From NCBI GenBank assembly GCA_017537165.1, contig JAFYLI010000125.1:1-63178 (forward strand): a DNA stretch of 63,178 nt. Direction: 5' to 3'. The stretch comes from Oscillospiraceae bacterium. GTDB lineage: Bacteria; Bacillota; Clostridia; Oscillospirales; Oscillospiraceae. Shown piece after piece: positions 9,189 to 15,061 of the stretch (position 1 is the first letter of the stretch; the number at the start of each line of letters is the position of its first letter). Under the pieces are notes generated by a model that worked only from the letters and a program-made list of their open reading frames with translations, was not told the origin of the DNA and did not search any database. Both the position numbers and the translations under genes were made by a program.

Positions 9189-9461
9189 CGAGTACTGTTT
9201 TGCGCCGATAGGAGTACAAACAGTCTGCTCGCTAAGATGATGCAATTACTCCGAGCCTTTTCAAGGTTAATTACTCCTATTAGCGCTTTGCCGTTCTCCC
9301 GAATGTCCGTTAATTCCTAACCCATAGCATCTCTATACATCGTTTTCGCTCGCTCTTTAAGAGGTCTTGGCGTAGTATCTACATTCGGCAACGGGTATTC
9401 AATTTTCAAAGTGCAACTGAGGTTATATGTCACATTCATATTTCGGCTAAGTAGTCCAGAG

Positions 9462-9729
9462 AAAAAATAAAAAGCCGTTATGTATCAACACTAATCATCG
9501 ACGGGAGCGTTTAGCTCTCGCTTCAAATCAGATGCTCATACATAACGGCTTTGAATTAATTCAAAAGACCATACTGTTTGTGTTGACTCAACTCCACCTT
9601 AAACAGTACAAAAAATTCACGGTGGCGAGTCACGGTTTTCTCAAAAGAGATTACCGGCGGTATAGTGGACTTGTACCTAACTACACCTCTACGAGGACAT
9701 CATATTCAGTTGTAATCCCTCTGTGAGGG
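9462..9729 (-). ncRNA. candidate stand-alone structured RNA of about 270 nt, class unknown
   Basis: Lies between a near-consensus promoter (9736-9765) and a long hairpin plus U-run (15-bp perfect stem 9471-9485 / 9538-9552). It has no ORF longer than 7 codons on that strand. It contains several internal hairpins, and one G-U pair works only on the minus strand. Confidence 0.5.
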
Positions 9730-9735
9730 TATTTC

Positions 9736-9765
9736 AGTATACATGACAGAACATTCGTTTGTCAA
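9736..9765 (-). promoter_or_regulatory. sigma-A-type promoter: TTGACA, 18 nt, TATACT
   Basis: The minus strand reads TTGACAaacgaatgttctgtcatgTATACT. Confidence 0.6.
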
Positions 9766-9836
9766 GAGATTTTGTCGCAACACGAACACTTTTTAGTAAA
9801 CGCCCTACAAAACACAAAATCCTACTGTTAATAAAA

Positions 9837-10436
9837 TCACTTGTTTTCAATCCATTCCCAAATATCAATTAGGTCAATGTATATAATTCCTTCTTCAACC
9901 TCGTAATGTTTTTCACAAGTTGTTCTTGTCAAACCTTCATCATCAATAAATTCTAACGCTTTAGTTATTGCCGACAAAGCGTGCATATTGTAAAACGTTC
10001 TATCGTCACTTGAAGAAGCATCTCCTCCATTATATCCATTTCCTTTATAAACACCTTCTTCAAAGTAAGCAAACTCAGAATCATTTTTGGTGCTATATAA
10101 TATGACATAACCCAAAGTGTTTTCATCGTGTCCGTAGTATTTTTTTGAAATGCAAACGACAGCATTTATCTCTTTAACATTATCAATTTTCTTGGTTTCT
10201 CTAATGTATTTAGCCGCTTCCGATTCTATTGGACCCCCAGCAAACAAGCTAACACAGACTACGCAGATCACAATAACCGCTGCAATTGCGCCGATACCTA
10301 TTAATTTTTTCTTGCCGATCTTTTTAATTTTATCAAATACAGACTCTTTTTTATGTAAGACACATCCACAGTGAATACACACTTTAGATGTATCAGAAAT
10401 TTCTTTTCCACATTCAGGACAATTAAATAATGCCAT
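9837..10436 (-). CDS. zinc-ribbon / single-TM / extracytoplasmic-domain protein (paralog 3)
   Basis: 199 aa. N-terminal CPECGKEISDTSKVCIHCGC, then a TM helix (LIGIGAIAAVIVICVVCVSLFAG), then a C-terminal domain of about 130 aa. Confidence 0.75.
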   Translation of the reverse strand: MALFNCPECGKEISDTSKVCIHCGCVLHKKESVFDKIKKIGKKKLIGIGAIAAVIVICVVCVSLFAGGPIESEAAKYIRETKKIDNVKEINAVVCISKKYYGHDENTLGYVILYSTKNDSEFAYFEEGVYKGNGYNGGDASSSDDRTFYNMHALSAITKALEFIDDEGLTRTTCEKHYEVEEGIIYIDLIDIWEWIENK

Positions 10437-10455
10437 TATAATACCTCCGATTCAT

Positions 10456-11016
10456 TTAATCTTTCGTTAACGACGCTTGCGAATACTTTACATAACTATA
10501 TCCTGTTGGATAATCGTCTTTGGGTATAAGCGTAGAACAAATAACTTTTTCACCACTTGACACAGACGGCAAAGACATCAATTGGCTATACATTAAATTG
10601 CCACTCTTGTCATAAAAACCAACATTAAAATATCCGTGAACAGTAAAGCTGTTATTGTTCCGTACTTCACAAGACATTTTTCCGCCGTGCGCTCCCAAAC
10701 TTGCAGAAAAATTCGACATTTTCAGATTATTAAAAATTGTAGAAGCATTTGCGGAATTGTCTGAGGAATAAGAGTTGTGATAGTTGTAAGTACTTTCTTT
10801 ATTTGTGTTTGATTCCCCAATTTTAACAAAAACTATAAGACATATAATTGCTACTATGCAAACAAGGAACACAATCGGTCTTTTTGTGATGTAATCAATT
10901 GCTTTGTTAAAAAGTTGGTTATTATTTTGTTTCGAGATTGTATATCCACATCCCGGACATTGAGGCGCTGAATCAGAAACTTGTCTGCCGCATTCGGGAC
11001 AATTAATGAGTGCCAT
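10456..11016 (-). CDS. zinc-ribbon / single-TM / extracytoplasmic-domain protein (paralog 2)
   Basis: CPECGRQVSDSAPQCPGCGY, a TM helix, then a beta-rich C-terminal domain. I prefer the start at 11014-11016 (GGAGGG RBS 7 nt upstream) over 11031. It overlaps the upstream gene's stop codon. Confidence 0.75.
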   Translation of the reverse strand: MALINCPECGRQVSDSAPQCPGCGYTISKQNNNQLFNKAIDYITKRPIVFLVCIVAIICLIVFVKIGESNTNKESTYNYHNSYSSDNSANASTIFNNLKMSNFSASLGAHGGKMSCEVRNNNSFTVHGYFNVGFYDKSGNLMYSQLMSLPSVSSGEKVICSTLIPKDDYPTGYSYVKYSQASLTKD

Positions 11017-11440
11017 TGGATGTCCCTCCATCGTTTTTCAGTTTCTTTAACCCTTTATACAATCCGACGCCGCCGACAATTGATAAAATCACAGCGCCAA
11101 CGCTATGTAATGCCACATAAGTAACCGCTTCGTTATACATTTCTTTCCACCGGGATGCAAGAGAAGCATAACTGCTACCCAAAAATCCACTACTATGAGA
11201 TTTTGTTTCTGCATACTGATCTGCATAATATGAAATATTCTCAATATAGTGGCTAAATTCACTGGTTGTTACAAGAGAAATTGCAACAATAATGAGAACA
11301 ACGCTTACAACTATTCCTATATAAGCTTTCTTTTTTGTTTCAGCACTAATGTGTGGTTTTGCAGACAACATATACCCACAGTTTGAACAATATTGCGCAG
11401 TATCAGCCTGTTCCTTTTTACATTCAGGACATATAATCAT
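11003..11440 (-). CDS. zinc-ribbon membrane protein with two TM helices (paralog 1)
   Basis: 145 aa. CPECKKEQADTAQYCSNCGY plus two hydrophobic helices. GAGGGAGG RBS at 11450-11457. Confidence 0.75.
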   Translation of the reverse strand: MIICPECKKEQADTAQYCSNCGYMLSAKPHISAETKKKAYIGIVVSVVLIIVAISLVTTSEFSHYIENISYYADQYAETKSHSSGFLGSSYASLASRWKEMYNEAVTYVALHSVGAVILSIVGGVGLYKGLKKLKNDGGTSNGTH

Positions 11441-11695
11441 TTAATAAATCCTCCCTCATTTTTCGTTTGAATCTCTGCAATAAAAAAGTGCGTGACCGAA
11501 GCCACGCACCGAAAAGCGCAACTCCGATTGTCGCCAAACAAAGCTCAAATAGAAAAGGATACCCTTATTACCATCCGAGTGGAGTTGCGTTTTTACCGAA
11601 CCCATATCGGATGATAACCAAAAAAGGGCATAATATCCCCTTGATATAAAGTTGTCCTTTTCCTTATTCTGCTTTGTTTGGCTTAAATATTATAC
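11441..11695 (-). promoter_or_regulatory. structured 5' leader of about 255 nt (riboswitch/attenuator-like) ahead of the zinc-ribbon operon
   Basis: Nested long-range stems: 11533-11544/11671-11682 (12 bp perfect), 11551-11559/11655-11663 and 11569-11578/11607-11616. The last two each have a G-U pair that exists only on the minus strand. A 10-nt loop sequence (11581-11590) is complementary to 11516-11525, which lies just before the terminator. Confidence 0.45.
11482..11509 (-). terminator. intrinsic terminator/attenuator inside the leader
   Basis: The minus strand reads GTGCGTG-gcttcggt-CACGCAC followed by TTTTTTATT, about 40 nt upstream of the ATG at 11440. Confidence 0.6.
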
Positions 11696-11701
11696 CACAA
11701 A

Positions 11702-11727
11702 ATTATAACAAAATAAAGAGTTTTCAA
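11702..11727 (-). promoter_or_regulatory. putative extended -10 promoter for the leader/zinc-ribbon operon
   Basis: The minus strand reads TTGAAA, 14 nt, TGtTATAAT. The -35/-10 spacing is short, but the TGn extension is present. Confidence 0.4.
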
Positions 11728-11802
11728 AAAAATGTCGAATTTAATTCTTATAATCAAAATCTCAACTACATATTTTTTTGTAATTAAGGTATAGTTTTAT
11801 AG

Positions 11803-11842
11803 AAAAAACGGCTTAACACCAATTAATGCTAAGCCGTTTTTA
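11803..11842. terminator. bidirectional terminator after the 398-aa gene
   Basis: AAAAAACGGCTTA...TAAGCCGTTTTT: an 8-bp stem flanked by an A-run and a T-run. Confidence 0.7.
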
Positions 11843-11864
11843 AGTCAGTGCTATGATTCATTTA

Positions 11865-13061
11865 TTAATTTAGAGATAACATTTCATTTAACAATACTTG
11901 GTATATTTCCGGCAGAGAAACAATCATTAATTTATACCACGTTTCTTTTGTGAACTCGCCATTTTCAATACACCATATTTTATAGTGTAAATCTCTCGTT
12001 TCCGTGTACTGGTCAATAGGTATTCCATTTTGACTATCTGTATATTTCTGTAAGTAAACATCTCCGTTGTATTGATTTTGAGTATAGTCAATGTGAGAAA
12101 ATCTATCTTTTTGAGGATAATACATCCCGTGCAAAAAGGTGGTAATAACATATCCGTTGGCTATATTCCTGTACGGCAATGTTTCTATCTCTATGTGCCA
12201 AAATTCTTCGTTTGTTTTCTGATCTACCCCTTGTTTAATTACCATAAGCAATTTATCTGATGTGTTTTCATCTATATGTACGATAATAGTCTTCTTCCCG
12301 GTGAGATTGCTTTTTTGAAAACTAAAATTAGGGCCACGGAATTTTGCAAAAGGAACACCGGTATAATCGTAATATTCTGCCTCCGGTACAGACAATCTTT
12401 CATCAATACGATATAATATATCACAATTATCAGTTTCGTCTTTTATTATTTTTGCAAACCCAACCATCTTATCGTATGGACTTAACATCGTCTTATTAGT
12501 AAATAAATTATAGTAATATCCTTTCCCGTCAAAGATAAGGCCATCTTTCTTAAAAATAGCACCATTCACATTTGTTAATCCGTACTGATTTGTTGAATAT
12601 ATAAACTCTTCTTTACCAACGATTTCTCTTATATCAATCTTGCTTTCATATAAATTATCAAACACAAATGACACTACGATTAGCGCAAGTACTTCCATAT
12701 CAACCGCATCAACAAACGGTGTTATTATTTTTTGTTTATCAATCAAACTCATAAAATCCATTGACGATAATTCTTTCTTTGGCTTAAACAAAGTAATTGC
12801 CAAGAAATACGAACAATGAGATGAGTCGTTTTCAATCATATATTTTAGCAACATATCAACATCAATGTTGCATTCTTGGATTTGGTTTATTATGTAATCT
12901 CTGAATGGAATCATAAAAGGATCAATACATCCTCTTTCTGGTTTCATAGCGTAATATAATCCCATACGCATACGTATAGCCAATCGTTTATACATAATTT
13001 CTTGACATTCTTTAGATTCTGACATTTTTAAGAGAAAAAGTTCCGATTCCATAGCATACAC
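11865..13061 (-). CDS. 398-aa protein of unrecognised family, partner of the cyclase-like gene
   Basis: Long AT-rich ORF. Start candidates are GTG at 13059-13061 and ATG at 13050-13052, 7-16 nt after the upstream TGA, which suggests translational coupling. I recognise no TM, TIR, nuclease or nucleotide-binding motif. Confidence 0.75.
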   Translation of the reverse strand: MYAMESELFLLKMSESKECQEIMYKRLAIRMRMGLYYAMKPERGCIDPFMIPFRDYIINQIQECNIDVDMLLKYMIENDSSHCSYFLAITLFKPKKELSSMDFMSLIDKQKIITPFVDAVDMEVLALIVVSFVFDNLYESKIDIREIVGKEEFIYSTNQYGLTNVNGAIFKKDGLIFDGKGYYYNLFTNKTMLSPYDKMVGFAKIIKDETDNCDILYRIDERLSVPEAEYYDYTGVPFAKFRGPNFSFQKSNLTGKKTIIVHIDENTSDKLLMVIKQGVDQKTNEEFWHIEIETLPYRNIANGYVITTFLHGMYYPQKDRFSHIDYTQNQYNGDVYLQKYTDSQNGIPIDQYTETRDLHYKIWCIENGEFTKETWYKLMIVSLPEIYQVLLNEMLSLN

Positions 13062-13067
13062 CCATTT

Positions 13068-13805
13068 TCATTCTATTGATAATCTAAATTTTCTATCCTG
13101 TTTTTGATCTTTCTCATCCAATGCTTGGTTTATGTAATTCATATGCCACCAAAGTTTTTGACGAACTTTGTCCGGATAGGTACCATCTTTTTTTATTGCC
13201 TCTGTTTTCATCTGTTCGAATGCGGCTTGAACAAATTCTCCTGCATAACTCCAAATGGTCATATAATTTAAAAAGCATTGACCATCAGTATCTCTTCTTA
13301 CATAATCAGCATCAATTTTAGTTATAATCTCAACCACATTGTCATCCAAAACAACTCTTGGATATACTGCAATTTTATCCTCTAATTCATAAGCTCTTAC
13401 TAACGCAGAACCCCAAACCACCATATCATCAATATAAAAATCTCCAATAGTAACACCACCTCTGACAAGCCATCCAACGCTATCTCCAACAGACGAACAT
13501 AAGAAATTAGAAACACAACCCAATAACGATAAAACATCATTGTTGATGTTATCACTTATTTCTTTGGCAATGATAATATTATCGGAAAAGATTTTGAATT
13601 TGATATCCGCAAATTTCTTTATACCGTTTTCGGATGCCAAACTCATTGTATGCTTGTATAGGTTATATAAGAGATTTAAGGAATCATCTTGTGCAATTTT
13701 ATTTTCTCTAATACGATTTGTTGCGCCAAGAATATCTAAATAGGCAACAATATATCTTTTGGTTTCTCTGTTATATGGATCAACAGCTTGATTGATTTTC
13801 ATCAT
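13068..13805 (-). CDS. minimal nucleotidyl-cyclase-like (class III cyclase/GGDEF-type palm fold) protein
   Basis: 245 aa. Motifs occur in canonical order and spacing: YLD24ILGAT, KIFSD75NIIIA, VRGGVTIGDF, VWGSALVRAYELED, AVYPRVVL. The protein is divergent: the canonical Asn/Arg pair is not evident. Confidence 0.6.
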   Translation of the reverse strand: MMKINQAVDPYNRETKRYIVAYLDILGATNRIRENKIAQDDSLNLLYNLYKHTMSLASENGIKKFADIKFKIFSDNIIIAKEISDNINNDVLSLLGCVSNFLCSSVGDSVGWLVRGGVTIGDFYIDDMVVWGSALVRAYELEDKIAVYPRVVLDDNVVEIITKIDADYVRRDTDGQCFLNYMTIWSYAGEFVQAAFEQMKTEAIKKDGTYPDKVRQKLWWHMNYINQALDEKDQKQDRKFRLSIE

Positions 13806-13834
13806 TATCGTTCCTTTTTTATTGTATTTTAGTT

Positions 13835-13843
13835 ATTATACCA
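13835..13843 (-). promoter_or_regulatory. extended -10 promoter element TGGTATAAT for the cyclase-like operon
   Basis: The minus strand reads TGGTATAAT about 30 nt upstream of the ATG at 13805. The -35 element (TAGATT, 17-nt spacer) is weak. Confidence 0.45.
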
Positions 13844-13872
13844 TAAATCTCAAGAATAATCTATTAGCTATT

Positions 13873-13902
13873 ATAAAAGACGGCAGAGATTTCTCCCTGC
13901 CG
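13873..13902 (-). terminator. intrinsic terminator after the TnpV-like gene
   Basis: CGGCAG/CTGCCG stem (13881-13886 / 13897-13902) followed on the minus strand by TCTTTTAT. Confidence 0.55.
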
Positions 13903-13912
13903 CCGTTCTCGG

Positions 13913-14290
13913 TTAGTTATAAATTATATCGTTATTAACGATTTCCGTAACTCTGTTGCGTATGTTGTTCATCCGAGCTATCCACTCCATTTGATGATCC
14001 GCTTTGAGTTTTTCTGTAACACCCTCACGCTCAGCCATCTGTTTTACGAGCCGAAAAAACATATCCTCAGCCTGCTTGTCAAGATCAGCGAGGTATCCGT
14101 TCAATTTGCCACTTGTCAGCAGATTGATGTATAGGACTTTCCTGTGTTGCTTTATGTATTTTAGGTGTCGCTGTCCCCACAAACCGATAGTTTTATCTTC
14201 TTGTTCGGGGAGTGCAAGATCAGGCAAATAATAATCGCCTTGCAAAGTATAGCTAATGCCCGTTTGTTCATTGTAAATACGCTTTTCCAT
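13913..14290 (-). CDS. TnpV-like transposon-encoded protein
   Basis: 125 aa. The pattern YYLPDLALPEQE...GLWGQRHLKYIKQHRKVLY...GKLNGYLADLDKQAEDMF...MAEREGVTEKLKADHQMEWIARMNNIR matches the TnpV family as I remember it. Confidence 0.7.
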   Translation of the reverse strand: MEKRIYNEQTGISYTLQGDYYLPDLALPEQEDKTIGLWGQRHLKYIKQHRKVLYINLLTSGKLNGYLADLDKQAEDMFFRLVKQMAEREGVTEKLKADHQMEWIARMNNIRNRVTEIVNNDIIYN

Positions 14291-14292
14291 AA

Positions 14293-14484
14293 TTAAGCCT
14301 CCTTGTATACCACTTTGAATTTCTTTTGTTTTGCGTTAAGGATTTTTAGTAACACTTCATCAACCGCATCGGTGTATTTACCGTCTGCAATAAGTTTGTT
14401 TCTCTTTTCGTTAAGGCAGTTAATAATCGTTCCTCTCTCGTAATCATCAAGCGCTATGTAGTACTTCTTTGACATATCTTTCAC
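14293..14484 (-). CDS. small conserved element protein (63 aa), function unknown
   Basis: Tightly packed between neighbouring genes (2-nt gap downstream, 4-nt overlap upstream). Confidence 0.55.
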   Translation of the reverse strand: MKDMSKKYYIALDDYERGTIINCLNEKRNKLIADGKYTDAVDEVLLKILNAKQKKFKVVYKEA

Positions 14485-14780
14485 TCCTTTAACAAATCCT
14501 TAAACGGAGCTTCGGTTGATACGAAAGTATCGTATGTAAAGTTTGCTCCCAATCGAAATCCCATAATAAAACTGTCGAGATTCGATTCTCCGTTGACGAT
14601 GCTCCAAGCATTAACAAAATCAAGAAACTTCTTTTTGTTTTCACCCGTTAGTGCTTCAGTCAGAAATTCCTCGTTGAGCATTAGAACTTCCATCTGCTTT
14701 TGAACTGTCTTGTTCTGCTTGGTGCTTCTTGCTTGTGGATCGATGTTGCCGTAATAGAATTCTTCAATAAATTTTGACAT
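14481..14780 (-). CDS. small conserved element protein (99 aa), function unknown
   Basis: I prefer the ATG at 14778-14780 (MSKFIEEF..., GAGGAAA RBS) over the ORF-track start at 14879. Confidence 0.55.
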   Translation of the reverse strand: MSKFIEEFYYGNIDPQARSTKQNKTVQKQMEVLMLNEEFLTEALTGENKKKFLDFVNAWSIVNGESNLDSFIMGFRLGANFTYDTFVSTEAPFKDLLKE

Positions 14781-14917
14781 AATCTTGTTTCCTCGTTTCT
14801 GTAATTTAATTTTACGAAGAAACTTTAAAATACACAAATGTGCGAATGAAAAATATGTGTGTTTCTGCCGGTAATTCAACGCTTTTTAATCAAGTCCGTT
14901 ATGAACCCCCGCACCAA

Positions 14918-14960
14918 GTCGTCGCGTACTTCATATAGTGCGCGACGACTTTTTATTTTA
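14918..14960 (+). terminator. intrinsic terminator just outside the right end of the element
   Basis: Perfect 10-bp stem AGTCGTCGCG/CGCGACGACT followed by TTTTTATTTT. Confidence 0.7.
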
Positions 14961-15061
14961 CGTTAAAAAATCATATTTCCCTCTTTTTATACTGCGGAAG
15001 ATATGGTAAACTATATGGTAGTTTATACGCTACTGCGAAATGAATAAAAGGTGGTATTTTC

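Larger units (their letters stand above)
6201..14911. mobile_element. integrated element of about 8.7 kb with a large serine recombinase and no recognisable transfer genes; putative integrative (possibly mobilisable) element carrying cargo
   Basis: Imperfect terminal inverted repeats: 6201-6225 versus the reverse complement of 14887-14911 (20/25 identical, 12-nt core GTTCATAACGGA). The backbone genes are a serine recombinase plus TnpW-like, ParB-like and TnpV-like genes. The interior is visibly more AT-rich than both flanks. Confidence 0.6.

Noticed and set aside
9532-9726. 64-aa plus-strand ORF inside the large non-coding gap of the element.
   Set aside because: It has no RBS and lies antisense to a region bracketed by a consensus minus-strand promoter and terminator. 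The region's helices contain a G-U pair that works only on the minus strand. I interpret it as non-coding RNA instead.
11467-11649. 60-aa plus-strand ORF between the zinc-ribbon operon and the 398-aa gene.
   Set aside because: It has no RBS and overlaps the structured leader and its terminator. The helix wobble pairs favour the minus strand.
11865-13805. Calling the cyclase-like pair a bona fide Pycsar, CBASS or mCpol/Panoptes system.
   Set aside because: The partner lacks the TM, TIR or SAVED-type effector features of those systems. The cyclase-like protein lacks a GGDD/GGDEF or CD-NTase signature and the canonical Asn/Arg pair. Only a fold-level resemblance is defensible without profile searches.
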